Shown: positions 34,801 through 45,714, counted from the first letter of the stretch. The stretch is 63,924 nucleotides of DNA from Thecamonas trahens ATCC 50062 (GCF_000142905.1 NW_013657627.1:1-63924); one strand, 5' to 3'. Notes: a model not told the origin generated them from the letters alone. Numbers and translations: made by a program.

Positions 34801-36266
34801 TTCTTCAGCACTGGTACCACGGGCATCCTCCACCTGGCTGGTTCCGACTCCTGCACCGTTCCCTGTGAGGCCATGTACTCCAGTCGGTCGAGGATCTTGG
34901 CCGTGAGATCAGGCCCAAAATCCCGCTGCCCGAGGTAGATCGGGTTATCATCGTCATAGCGCAAACCGATGTCCAGCTCAAGACCTGGCGCGGTGGGCTG
35001 AATCTCTCCGTTGCGCCGTAGATCGAACATGAACGGGTACTCGCACACCGCCTCCATCAACGATCTGAACCCCGCGGTGCCCAACGCTGTCTCTACTCCA
35101 TGCTCCCGCAGAGCTACCCGGGTGTCTGCAATCCGCTGGGTGAGGTACGCTTCGTCGTACTGCGCCTTGCGGTCGCTGACTTCCGTGTCAGCGCCAAACA
35201 CTGTGGCTCGCCGGCCGCATGCGGGTGGCCCGCTGTCCTTTCCGATGACCGCCATTTGCAGGTCTTCCACGCTGCTCTGCCCGGATCCCACGAACGCCAC
35301 CGGCGAGCGACCGGTATGGTTCGGGAACCAAACCATGGCATCCGCACCTTCTGCGGCAGCGGCTCCTCGAATCCATGCTCCTTGCACCCGGTCAAGCTCG
35401 CTGCGCCCGAGCACGACGTCCGTGACGAGCTCATGGTCCACCACCACGGCACTCGACCCGATCGACCATAGCTCGCCTTCTGTATCAACAAAGCCTAGAT
35501 GAACTCCCAGTTCGCCCAGCACTACCAATGGGCGGCCTCCCGCACCACGTAGTCGGACTGAGGGTGGCGATCGCGACTGCTTCCCCACGGCCTCGCGCAC
35601 CCTGTGACGTGCGCAACCCAGCAGCAACGCGGCCAGCGACGCACCGATCACAGTGCGGGCCGCGCCACTATCAACGAGGGCCACGCTTGGCCAACCGCTG
35701 CCCACCAGCTCACGCTCCATACGTGAGCGTGGGTCCGGTGCATCTAGTTCGGTGCTCCGGCTCTCTGCTCGAGCCACCAGGACTCGAACCCGACCCGACG
35801 ACACCTGCTCCTGCGGCCGACGCCCGTCCACAGCCAGCACGTCCGCTGGCACTAGGTCCTCCCCCGCCCGCGGCGTGGGATCCTGGACGTCCTCCTGCCA
35901 TGGAAACCATGCAGCCACCAGCGCCGTTCGACTCCACGGCCTGTTTGCCTTGTCTCCGGGGAGCGACGAGCCGTCGCCCCTCTTGGGCGCCTCCTCGGGT
36001 GGCTTCTCGGCATCGCCGGTCGATCCTCTGACCCGTGTCGCCCCACCGAGTCCGCCAAAGCGGCTCGTGTGCGACGCAAACGCTCGCTTCCTCCGCAGAC
36101 ACCTGAGCCGCTCTAGCCCGTGCGGCGCCTCACGCAGCTCAGCTCTCGCGTCGGCCACAACCAGCCTCAGCATCGGTGGCAGCCGTGCTTCCAATCCTCC
36201 GCCCGACGATGGGCACGAGTCACGTGCTTCGCGACCCGCTGATTGTCGCCCGCAAAATTTTTTCCC
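31881..36266 (-). CDS. pol: Gypsy Pol polyprotein (protease, RT, RNase H, integrase, chromodomain)
   Basis: LVDSGA, RLCLNLRALN, YLDD, VDGAPRGLG, H..GH..CWGC, VVSDNGPAF, LERLH, PRWKGP and WVVEDVV..VAWAG..TVEP in one uninterrupted frame. Confidence 0.95.
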   Translation of the reverse strand, partial: GKKFCGRQSAGREARDSCPSSGGGLEARLPPMLRLVVADARAELREAPHGLERLRCLRRKRAFASHTSRFGGLGGATRVRGSTGDAEKPPEEAPKRGDGSSLPGDKANRPWSRTALVAAWFPWQEDVQDPTPRAGEDLVPADVLAVDGRRPQEQVSSGRVRVLVARAESRSTELDAPDPRSRMERELVGSGWPSVALVDSGAARTVIGASLAALLLGCARHRVREAVGKQSRSPPSVRLRGAGGRPLVVLGELGVHLGFVDTEGELWSIGSSAVVVDHELVTDVVLGRSELDRVQGAWIRGAAAAEGADAMVWFPNHTGRSPVAFVGSGQSSVEDLQMAVIGKDSGPPACGRRATVFGADTEVSDRKAQYDEAYLTQRIADTRVALREHGVETALGTAGFRSLMEAVCEYPFMFDLRRNGEIQPTAPGLELDIGLRYDDDNPIYLGQRDFGPDLTAKILDRLEYMASQGTVQESEPARWRMPVVPVLKKDGSVRLCLNLRALNQRLAAETVELPEVEAMLDRLAECDVFCSTDCAAAYLAIELSEEASRILSFQVGGRWWRLRRLAMGLAASPRLFEAFARHVYPPLQSTALRRERYLDDAVLGKLPGTPTRLLVDQLIADLRAGAANGLWYGIPKLEACKEEVVFYGSRVRLGRVSVTDAYRSKMRELASPKDKKELQSVLGSIVWLGLFLPQLSAKTSAMRRALTAEGRFRWTAEAEEELEAFRARAEQQMQRSTYRRNRRTLLVVDGAPRGLGAMVLQIDEDRPRKELVLVAAYSRRTTAREAEQAQITREALALSFGLEKAKRYLLGAAHPPVIVTDSKPLAALLMGASLELVRPRVARAILAIGQLAEYHVLHVAGQANVADVLSRHFWRADDESEAYQALRAEVTMASFAYGSRPSEEELDRIVAEEQMRLAPWERPAKINEALGWGRVRDPKQAAKDVGAMEIGGDTASDGAIAVMVTNTVDKSKAGMPWRPWLASWLRDPEAKPEELTLIALAAHRATGHGGAQKTAQLVRQAAQSPLRGAERRAAREAVAHCWGCLLQRSRLPKAQPLPEATGRFGDRSEVGETILIDHYTGISCADGDIKVLSAVDDCSRFMDFAVVKSTSATDAIIALEQVLSGWPGSVHRVVSDNGPAFVADEFEAWAKARGLQLVKTAPNHGQSLARLERLHNLWSRSIGSAIVDRHRGLDEWRTVDVVRRLGEAVRAHNRVTNWATGVEPEVVFYGRPTATDEELRAAQAERLAAWRQHREDARRERERAAAGGQEPEAQAKTVRPVPGELVLLRTPQEERVKFDPRWKGPRMVVGRSGSHRLLLENGDGEPQVVHVDVVGLLPEGAANNVDSVPDDGRCGRWVVEDVVAVRRLGRWPLVEVAWAGLDPDGEPWQNTVEPAAFILEATVWAPKVRRMLADAREARKQQPRDARGRRRKATAKRGNGRRLARESVARRSRRSHRGKRA

Positions 36267-36547
36267 TTCAACAGCCCGGCGACCGCCTCCTTCCATAGCA
36301 CAGCCAGAATGGCGTTGAACGTCTGACTCAGCGAATCCAGCCCCCTCTGACCAGCGGTCACGTGGTAGAGGCTCGCCTCTGTTGCTCTCGTAATATTCTG
36401 CTTGAGCACGGCGGCGGACTCGACCGGTCCCGAAGCGGTCGGCGATACCCACTTCTGGATTTTCATGAAGAACGACGCGATGGCTTCAACGAGCGAGGGC
36501 AAGCACTCCTTGCGTACGGCGTTGATAGTCTCGGTCTTGTTAGCCAT
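36167..36547 (-). CDS. gag: Short gag N-terminal ORF overlapping the pol frame (pol is -1)
   Basis: First ATG after the 5' LTR. The overlap contains GGGAAAAAATTTT. Confidence 0.6.
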   Translation of the reverse strand: MANKTETINAVRKECLPSLVEAIASFFMKIQKWVSPTASGPVESAAVLKQNITRATEASLYHVTAGQRGLDSLSQTFNAILAVLWKEAVAGLLKGKNFAGDNQRVAKHVTRAHRRAEDWKHGCHRC

Positions 36548-36580
36548 TGTTAGACACTACTGCGTAGGGACAGCCTTAAA

Positions 36581-36735
36581 GGTTTCACAGAACTACGATG
36601 GGGTGTGACGCAGGGTGTGCACAAGCAAAGGCTAAACCCGATTTTACCCCCGAAGACCGGCACCGAAAGCTGACGTCAGGAACGAGGGAGAGAGAGACGT
36701 CTGCCCCAGGCTCAAGCACACGCTGTCTTGCGACA
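36581..36735 (-). repeat. 5' LTR of the chromovirus
   Basis: Differs from the 3' LTR at only a few positions. Confidence 0.92.
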
Positions 36736-38446
36736 GGAATGTGGGAATGAGTGTGAGGGTGCGGTGTGCAGAATGGTGACCCGGCCGACTACTTTGTGGA
36801 CGAAGCCCTCGAGGACATTTACAAGCGCTACGATGTGCGCAGCGAAGATCGCGCGGCGTTCAGACTCCCCGCATCAATCGTGGGCGGGCTCCTCGGGTCG
36901 AGGACGGAGATAGACCCGGCAAACTACTTCAAGCCTGAGCTGTTGGAGGACATTTACGAGCGCTACGACGTCCGCAGCGAAGATCGCGCAGCGTTCAGAC
37001 TCCCCGCATCGACTGTGGGCGGTCTCCTCGCATCCATCGTGGAGCTTAGGCCAGGAGACTACTTTACCGACATTGATCTCGACAGCTTCTTCGAGTACTA
37101 CGGCGTGTCCCACGGCAGCCGCTCGACCTTCACCGCCTCGCCAGGGATGATAGGGGCGCACTCCCGTGTGATCGCATCCGCCCACCTCACGCCAGACGAG
37201 CTCAACGAAGTGTCCGACGCCATCGACGCCCACGGCAAGCTCCCGATGTACGTCGTTTCCGGCTTTATTGCTGCACGCGCCCAGGTCAACCCCAGCGACC
37301 ACCTTACTGGCAAGGCTCTCGACGAGTATCGAGCTCGGCACGGCCTCGAAGCCGGAGCGTCGTCGTCGTTCATCGAAGTGCGGAGGACAGCCGCGAGGGA
37401 CAAGAGCAAGCCGTCCGAGACGATGTACGTCAGCCGGTTCGACTCGTCGCAAAACGTCGTCCTCGTACACATCTACTCCCGCGATCTGGTGACCAAGGCC
37501 AAGACGCTCGTTGACTCGCGGTATCTGCGCATCCGGCTTTGCGGAGAGCGCGCGCTCTCGCCCGTGCTTGCCGTCCCGGTCGGCTCCGAACTGCTGCAGG
37601 CCGTCACCGGCGAGGTGAGGAAGGTGAAGCCGGGCACAACCTTCCAGGTCAGGTGCCGCATCGATGTGGTTGGCGGCGGCCCGGACGGCGGCGGGCAGCC
37701 ACGCTACATCGAGCACGTCGGCGTCAAGCTCGGCGTGTACAACGTCAACCCGGGCAGCGCCAACACCGCTGCACACGTCAAAAAGCGGACCAGGATCAGG
37801 ACCCCACCCACGGCCCGCCTCGTGGTCCAGATCAAGCCCATCCCCGCCGACAGCCGCCTTCCGACATGGGCTCTGGTCCGCATGAGCGTGCGCCTCGCTC
37901 GCCGCAACCAAAACTTCCAGCGCGGCGTCATCGGCGCCAGCGGCCGGGCCGAGCCGTTTCTTCTCGACCTCACCAGGCCTCACTCGGTCCTCTCGATGAA
38001 GGGCAACGCCACCGGCTTTCAGCTCCGTGTCACTGCTGCTGACAACGGGCCTCGGCTGCGCAAGTTCGACTTTCAGCGCTACGGAGCGTGCGTCAAGCCA
38101 AAGTCCCCCGGCGGCGAGACCACGCAGCACCACCACCATGACCAGCCCGACACGCGCATGCGTCGAGCGCGGTTCCACGCCTACGGCAAGGCGCACAACC
38201 CTATCTCGTACGACAACCGCGCACAGAACAGACTCTCCGTCGTGCTCGGCACCTATCGCCAAGCGAGACCGTCAGCCGGAAGCTCCACCGCGCTGTCCTT
38301 TGTCATCAGCCGCGCCGGCGCGCACAACGTCCACACCGGCAAGTACATCTAGTGCACGCCCGGGCAGCGCCGCACACAGACTGCAGGATCCGCGGTGGCT
38401 CGCCCCCAGCTCGGCCATAAATAAACTCCCCCCCCCCCCCCCCCCC

Positions 38447-38608
38447 TGTGCTACTCGCGTACTACGCGAGGACTCGAGTGCCGGGCTATGCCCGCAAGCG
38501 AGGAATCAGTCAGGAAGAATGATGATTCATTGAAGCGGCTGGCGTGTAGTCGAGTGCCGCACCGCCGCGGAGTTGACACGCTGAGAGACGCGCCGAGCGG
38601 CGAGCACA
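38447..38608 (+). mobile_element. 162-bp LTR-like element, copy 2 (no matching TSD)
   Basis: Reverse complement of 11329-11490 with about 2 differences. Flanks are CCCC and AGGG. Confidence 0.88.
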
Positions 38609-41600
38609 AGGGGGCGCGGCGGCGGGCAGGGGTGCCGCGCTGAGGGCGGCGTTGAGTGTGCGCCCGCTCGCCCTTCGCGCTTCGCCCAGCTCGGCGCGGC
38701 AAGGTGGGCGTCGAGCAGCTTGTCCGCAGGCGGACATGGTGCTGTCCACACCTTGAGTAGCTCGAACGGTACGGTGTGGGACGCGCCGAAACGGTCGGCC
38801 AACGTGGCGCGGTTTGCAAGGGTGTCGACGTGGTCGACGCGGAACGGGCCGGCGAAGGGCGCCTCGGCCTTGCTGGATCGTGTACGCTGGACGTAAACGA
38901 AATCGCCGGCGGAGAGTGCGGGTGGTGCCGTGGGCTGTGGCGTCTCGGAGGGGCCGCTGCGCTGCGCCGGTCGGCCGCGCGCGCTCGCTTGGCCCGGTCG
39001 TCGTTACTGGTGTGGGCGCCGAGTTCCCCCGGGGGGTCGCGACCCAGCATGATGAAATGCGGCGTCTCGCCGAGTGTGGAATGGGCGGACGTGTTGTAGG
39101 CTCGAATGGCGGAACGCCACGCGGTCGTGAGGGCGCGCAGGGAGGGTGGCGAGGGGATGCCGGCAGCGTCGAGGTGCGTGCGAACGGAGGCTTTGAGCGT
39201 GGATATGAGCCGTTCGATCCGCCCGTTGGAGGCTGGGTGCCTGGGGGTGGTGAAGTGGTGGTGGATGCCGAGTTTGGACATCGCTGTGGCGACGTCGCAC
39301 CCTCGTAGCGCACCGGCGTTGTCGGAGATGAGACGTGCTGGCACGCCGTAGTGGTCGCACCAGGCCGTGATTGCGTCCGCGTAGTCGCGGCCTTTGATTC
39401 CGGCGGCGCGGACGACGTGGATCTGCGCGAAGCGCGAGAGCATGTCCATGATGACGATGATTGAGGCGCGGATGCCATCAGCCGTGGGGAAGGGCCAGCG
39501 CCGTCGTGCGATGTATGTTGGCGCGGTGGGCGAGTGGGCGCGTAGCGAGCTGCGTCGAGTACCAGTGTGTTTGGCGCGCCGCACGGGCCGCAAGCAGCGG
39601 TCGCGGCGCGGACGCTGGTTTCAAGCTTATCGGTGGCAAACCCGGCGGCGCGAAGCCGGGCTGTGGTCGTGCGAGGGCCGCGGTGGCCCGGCCGCCGCGT
39701 GGGCTTCCGTGATGGCCACGGTGCTGGGCACCATGGCCGCGATGTGGGCCGCGGATGCCGCTGGTGGGGCGGACGGCGCCGGGTGTCGGGTGGGGCGAGA
39801 GAGTAGGTCAGCCACGGGGTTGTCGTCTCCGGGAATGTAGCTGACCACGATGTCGCGTGTGGACAGCATAAGAGCCCACGACGCCAAGCGAGGCGAGGCG
39901 GAGCGGGATGCCGCCGGTCCGAACGTGGTCGTCAGCGCCTTGTGGTCGGTGTACACCTTGAGCGGGCGGCCACGCAGGATCTTGTCGTGGGCCCGGATGA
40001 TGGACACGATGGCGAGAGCCTCGCGCTCACTTATGCCGTAATTTCGTTGCGCCGCCGAGAGCGAGCGCGACCAGAAGGAAAACGGCCGCATGCCCCGCGT
40101 TGTGGGCACGCAGATAGCGCCGCCCATGTGCGTGGCGGACGCGTCGATGAAGACCGAGAGTCGGGTTGTGGTGTCGGCTGGCAGAGATGCCAATGCGACG
40201 TTGGCGAGTAGGGCATCCTTGGCGGTGGCGAGCGCCATGTCCATCTCAGGCGTCCAGCCGTGTCGGCGCCAGGCTCCTGCACGCGTGCCATCGTGGAGAG
40301 GGGCGAGGACGGCGGATGCGGCGGGGATGAAAGGGCGAAAGTAGTTGAGAAAGCCGAGGAGGGCCTGAAGGCCTTTGACGGTGGTGGCAGGCGAGAGGGC
40401 CGCCAGAGCCGCTGTGTACTCGGGGCTGCGGTGGGAGCCGCCGTGGAAGAAGATCCGCCCGATCCATGGCGCCGCGGTGGCAAGGAAGGTGGTCTTGCGC
40501 AGGTTGAGTTGCATGCCGAGGTCGGCGCAACGGGCGATGAGCCGTGCGGCTGCCGCCGTGGCGGCGGCCGCGGTCGGTGCCGCGATCAGGACATCGTCGC
40601 AGTATGAGAACGTGTGGTCGATGCCGTCGGTGAGCAGTTGCATGGCATGCGAGAGGTATGCGGCCGACGTGCGCAACCCCATGGTCGCCCTCGTGAACAT
40701 CAGGTCCGACGCCATCCCGGGCACCCGGAACCGTGTGAGTAGTTGGCTTGGCGGGTCGAGGAGCAGCGACAATGAATGTGCTACTCGCGTACTACGCGAG
40801 GACTCGAGTGCCGGGCTATGCCCGCAAGCGGGGATCAGTCAGGAAGAGTCGGCCGGGATGGTGTCGGCGATGATGGCGTTGAGCGGGCGCAGGTCGACCA
40901 CCAGGCGCCAGTTGGCAGGGCTGGACTCGTCCGGGTCGGAGGGGTTCTTCCGCACCAGGAACGCGGTGTTGAGGCAGAAAGGCTGGCCGGATTCCCAGTT
41001 GTGCGGCGGGGCCTCGACGATGGTCGATGTACGCATCATAGAGCGGATGTGTGTGTGTAGGATGGAGACGAGCGCAGGTGACTGTCGGAAGGGTGAGCCG
41101 ATGGTGTTGAAGGCGGCGAAGTCTGCAACGATGTCGATATGATATGGCGTGAGGCGAGGGGGGACGGTGGGCGTCGGCCGGAATCCCGAGTGAGACGCTG
41201 CGGCCGGGTGAGCCGCGAGCGCGGCGAGGATCTGCTGCCGGAGGGCGGGCGTGGCTGCGTCGCCGAAGGTGGGCGGTGCCGGCGTCGCCTCGGCGAGCTC
41301 GGCCTGGAGTGCCGAGAGGTCGGTCTCGTAAGCAGGATTGGCCGCGATGAGGATGTCGCGAATGTGGCGGTCGGTAGGGGTGTGCTCGGACGCGATGCCG
41401 ATGGGAGCAAGGGGCACGAGCCGATTGGCTGTGGTGATGGCCACCGGCTCGTCCAGGCCGTCGAGGTCGCGGAGCGGGATGATGAGCTCGTACGCGCCGG
41501 CGCCGAGCTCAGCGACAGCTGCAGCGATCGGCACAGAGCCGAACGGTGCGATGGAGACATCGAATGTGGCCGTGCCCGTGGCTGGCCGTGGTGCGTCACC

Positions 41601-42743
41601 GTGGTACGGAATCAGTAGCGGGCAGGCGCCCGGGGATGAATCGATGTGGGCGGCGACGCGGCGGGCGGTGGCAGGCGTGATGACAGCCATGCCGGCCCCA
41701 GTGTCGAGCAGCGCCGCGATCGTGACGCCGTTGACGGTAACGGGAACGATGGGCAGCGACGAGGAGATATATCTCGCCTCTGCCCGTGTGAAGTTGTTGA
41801 TGTGGATGGGCGCCGGGGGGTCGGAGCTGGAGGCCGCGGTGGGGGGAGGCGAGGATGAGGACGCAGGCCGGCGGCGGGTGCGTGCCCGAGGGGTCCGGGC
41901 GGCCAGTAGTGCGGCGGCCTTGGTCGCTTGGTGGCAGACGGCCGCTGCATGTGACAGCAAACGCGTTCCTTTTGTCCGCAGGGCGCAGAACCAGCAGGGC
42001 GCGGAGTGTAGCGTGAACGTGACGTCTGCGGCTGGGGACTGCGGCGAAAATTGGGTGCCGTCGGAGCGAGGGGCGGTGGCGAGGATAGCCATGACTGGGG
42101 TAGAACGGGGAATGGGGTCGGTCCTCGTGGTGGCGAGGGTGCGCATGCGGTCGAGGAAGGTTGTTGCCGACCACACGGCGTCGCCGCCTGCGCCGACGCG
42201 GTAAGTGTTGAAATCTGCTTCAACGGCGCGAGCAAGCCGCGCAGGTAGCAGGGGCGGAAGAACGCCATTTCCGCGAAGAAGAATGCGGAGGCGTCGAGGG
42301 CGAAGCCGCGCTGCGGCCCACGGCAGAGTGTGCAGAAGGCAATGGCCGAGGCGAGCAGGGCCTCGCCCTCGGTCGTCGCGTCGACGGTGATGAGCGAGAA
42401 ATTCCGAAGGGCCTCGAAAAACGTGGGGATCGAGCGGGTGGGCCGCCCCAACGCGAGCTCGAGGGCGGCCAGGAGAGCAGGGCCAGTGATGTCGGCGTTG
42501 GCGGTAATGGCGGCGGCAGCCGTGTCGAGGCCGGACGGCCAAGAGGACAGTTTCTCGAGGATGAGAGAGCGCGCATCGAGGGCGAGGAGGTCGGTGGCAG
42601 CGGCGCCGTTCCCGTCGAAAAAACGGCAAGAACGGGGGCCCGGCGGAGGGCCACGCGAAAGGGGGCGATGGCGGATGCGTCATCGATAGCCGGCAGCGTC
42701 GCTGCGAAGGTCTTGCGGGCGGCGATGTAGGAATCGGTTGCCA
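38609..42743 (-). mobile_element. Degenerate Ty3/Gypsy retrotransposon internal region (gag-PR-RT-RH-INT, frameshifted)
   Basis: LLDTGAG, WRLVVDLRPLN, SYCDDVLI, FIDAS, ISEREALA, VYTDHKAL, MDMLSRF, LISDNAG and SNGRIERL. Confidence 0.9.
40777..40847 (+). mobile_element. Truncated (71-bp) copy 3 of the 162-bp element, replacing part of the Gypsy RT
   Basis: TGTGCTACTCGCG...CAGGAAGA matches the start of copy 2. RT motif A is missing at the junction. Confidence 0.85.
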
Positions 42744-42932
42744 TGGTTGTTGGGAGAGGGGGAGAGGTATGGGGAGGGCGGGGGGTTCTTGGCGGCACAG
42801 TCCGCCAGAATCGTGAACTGGCGAAAAAACGGGCGCGCACGCGTGGTTTCGACGCGTGCGGGGCATCGACGCGTGTGGTCCGGCGCGTGCGGCACGTGGG
42901 GTACGGACAGAGCGTGCCCGTGGGGCGTCCGT

Positions 42933-43234
42933 NNNNNNNNNNNNNNNNNNNNNNNNNNNNNNNNNNNNNNNNNNNNNNNNNNNNNNNNNNNNNNNNNNNN
43001 NNNNNNNNNNNNNNNNNNNNNNNNNNNNNNNNNNNNNNNNNNNNNNNNNNNNNNNNNNNNNNNNNNNNNNNNNNNNNNNNNNNNNNNNNNNNNNNNNNNN
43101 NNNNNNNNNNNNNNNNNNNNNNNNNNNNNNNNNNNNNNNNNNNNNNNNNNNNNNNNNNNNNNNNNNNNNNNNNNNNNNNNNNNNNNNNNNNNNNNNNNNN
43201 NNNNNNNNNNNNNNNNNNNNNNNNNNNNNNNNNN
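42933..43234. other. Assembly gap
   Basis: Run of N. Confidence 1.
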
Positions 43235-43429
43235 GGGGGGGGGGGGGCTGGGGGGGCCGGGGGGAGAAGAAAGGGGGGGGGACGCCTCTCCTTGCTGTCA
43301 ACTGCCGATCCGCGCTTCCCCCTCGCCGCGGCCCACCGCGCGGCATGACGCTCGCTCCGCCACGCTCCGCCACGCTCCGCCACAACCACCGCCACAACCA
43401 CCGGCCAGCCCAACGGCTCGGTACGCCCG

Positions 43430-44897
43430 ACAGAAATGCCTCGATCGGATGATCCCGAGTCCGGCGTGGCATGGCTCCTGCGGGATTACCTCGAGTCAAT
43501 GCCGTGCCGCATCCTCGCCGAGTCCGCACCGTCCGACAGCTCGACACGGGCACCGTACTCGGTCAACTGCACGGCGCTCCTTGACGCCATCGTCATGCGC
43601 TCCGAAGCTTCTGATCAGAGCTGCATCGACCGCGATACACGTGTCGAGCTCACCTCTGCTGTCCAAGCCTTAATCCGGCTGCCGACGTCGACTATGGGAA
43701 CCGAAACGTGCCGCGCGACGAGATCATCTGCGCTCACACGACCTGGCAGGACATCATCACTCATGCCATGCCGTACGTGGCCGGGTCGTCGTGGATGTTA
43801 CTCTGGTCGTACGACGCGCCGGCTGTTGTCTCGTCGGCCGCCTCCATCCTCGCCATGGCCACCGGAATCGTGCCCGACACGCGCGATCTCTCTTTCTTTG
43901 CCGCCAACCGCCATACGTACGATGACGTGCGAAAGCTATAAACCCATGTCTTACACTCGCCCGCATCGTCGTCTTCCTAGGCCCACGCCCGGGCCCATCT
44001 TCGACCCTAGCCCAGCTGCACGCCAACGACCAAGTCGGCAGAGTGACCCTGTCTGACCCAGCGTTGCCCACTGAAATGACGTCGCAAGTCCACACAAGCA
44101 CAACCACCGTGTACATCACACATCCACCAACAGTCTGGTACCCATGGTTCCGGCCCTGCACTCTGCTAGCTCGCAGAATCGGTACTGTCGTCCATCGCGC
44201 CGCCTCAGCCCCAGATCGGCCAGGTGTGACCCGATTCACGGCGCATTGACCAGTCACCGTGACAATCACGGGCGCGACTCGCACGGCTGTTTGCCGCGTG
44301 CTATGGCCATTCTGACACCCTAACCCAATTGTAGCACATCACAACTTGTGTTCTGCATTACTTCCATGCTCTTGGTCCCTCTCCTTCGCCCGCTAGTCTT
44401 AGATGCATGCGCAATCTGGCGCAATCCGCTCACTTGCGCAAACCTCTACGATAGGTTTGCAGCTGCGAGCTTGACACGACTCGACGAGGACCATGCGAAA
44501 CACGATTGTGCTCGAGATGCGATGGCGAGGCTCGAGAAGATGGTGCTTATCCGCGGCTGGATCGCCGCTCTCACGAAGCACGGCATCGAGACGAAACGGA
44601 ATATTGTTTCCGTAGGCCTACGTGCTCATTCCCGGCTGATACTTTGCGCGGCTGTGGGCGGACATTACCAGCTACTTGGAGGCAAAGCCTTTCCACAAGA
44701 CAAGACACCTGCCCACACAGGTCATGGCCAAGCTCAAGTTGCGGTGGAGGACGCGCGGTTCTGCCCGGTGCGTGGGATGCAAGTGTGGCTGACGAGATGA
44801 GCAGCAGTAGCCAAACTGCTCTTGCTCCAATCCTGCTGGAATCTCAAGCCGTCGCGCCAGCCGAGCCAGCCGAGCCGAGCCAGCCGAGCGATCGCTC
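43430..44897 (+). mobile_element. Second, highly decayed YR-retroelement 3' fragment of the same family as 10764-15300
   Basis: DKT..GHGQ..AVEDARFCPVR parallels AVKDARFCPVR. The 3' motif TGCTGGAATCTCAAGCCGTC..GAGCGAYCGCTCC is shared with 11040-11082 (minus strand). Confidence 0.65.
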
Positions 44898-44922
44898 CCC
44901 CCCCCTCCCCAACCCCACACAC

Positions 44923-45016
44923 GCCCCAACCCCAACCCCAACCCCAACCCCAACCCTAACCCTAACCCCAACCCCAACCCTAACCCTAACCCCAACCCCA
45001 ACCCCAACCCCAACCC
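44923..45016. repeat. Telomere-like CCCCAA/CCCTAA hexamer array
   Basis: About 15 hexamers, four of them CCCTAA, next to a gap. Confidence 0.8.
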
Positions 45017-45119
45017 CTCCCACCCACCCCCACACACACCCCTCCCCCACACCCCTCCCCCACACCCTCCCCACCACCCCCCCTCCCCCCCACCACACAC
45101 ACTCCCCACACACACCCCT

Positions 45120-45714
45120 NNNNNNNNNNNNNNNNNNNNNNNNNNNNNNNNNNNNNNNNNNNNNNNNNNNNNNNNNNNNNNNNNNNNNNNNNNNNNNNNN
45201 NNNNNNNNNNNNNNNNNNNNNNNNNNNNNNNNNNNNNNNNNNNNNNNNNNNNNNNNNNNNNNNNNNNNNNNNNNNNNNNNNNNNNNNNNNNNNNNNNNNN
45301 NNNNNNNNNNNNNNNNNNNNNNNNNNNNNNNNNNNNNNNNNNNNNNNNNNNNNNNNNNNNNNNNNNNNNNNNNNNNNNNNNNNNNNNNNNNNNNNNNNNN
45401 NNNNNNNNNNNNNNNNNNNNNNNNNNNNNNNNNNNNNNNNNNNNNNNNNNNNNNNNNNNNNNNNNNNNNNNNNNNNNNNNNNNNNNNNNNNNNNNNNNNN
45501 NNNNNNNNNNNNNNNNNNNNNNNNNNNNNNNNNNNNNNNNNNNNNNNNNNNNNNNNNNNNNNNNNNNNNNNNNNNNNNNNNNNNNNNNNNNNNNNNNNNN
45601 NNNNNNNNNNNNNNNNNNNNNNNNNNNNNNNNNNNNNNNNNNNNNNNNNNNNNNNNNNNNNNNNNNNNNNNNNNNNNNNNNNNNNNNNNNNNNNNNNNNN
45701 NNNNNNNNNNNNNN
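45120..45714. other. Assembly gap
   Basis: Run of N. Confidence 1.

Larger units (their letters stand above)
30789..36735 (-). mobile_element. Full-length Ty3/Gypsy chromovirus-like LTR retrotransposon
   Basis: Near-identical ~155-bp LTRs, PPT GGGGGCGGG before the 3' LTR, and PR-RT-RH-INT-chromodomain order. Confidence 0.95.
27201..38352 (+). pseudogene. F-box-like / 45-aa tandem-repeat protein gene split by a Gypsy insertion (pieces 27201-30764 and 36778-38352)
   Basis: The same repeat continues on both sides of the element and both halves are open. N-terminal LDTGSILALACTCRAF resembles an F-box (tentative). Confidence 0.75.

Noticed and set aside
36645-36685. Possible hammerhead core in the LTR (CCGAAGA..GAAA)
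   Set aside because: No CUGANGA and no proper stem II.
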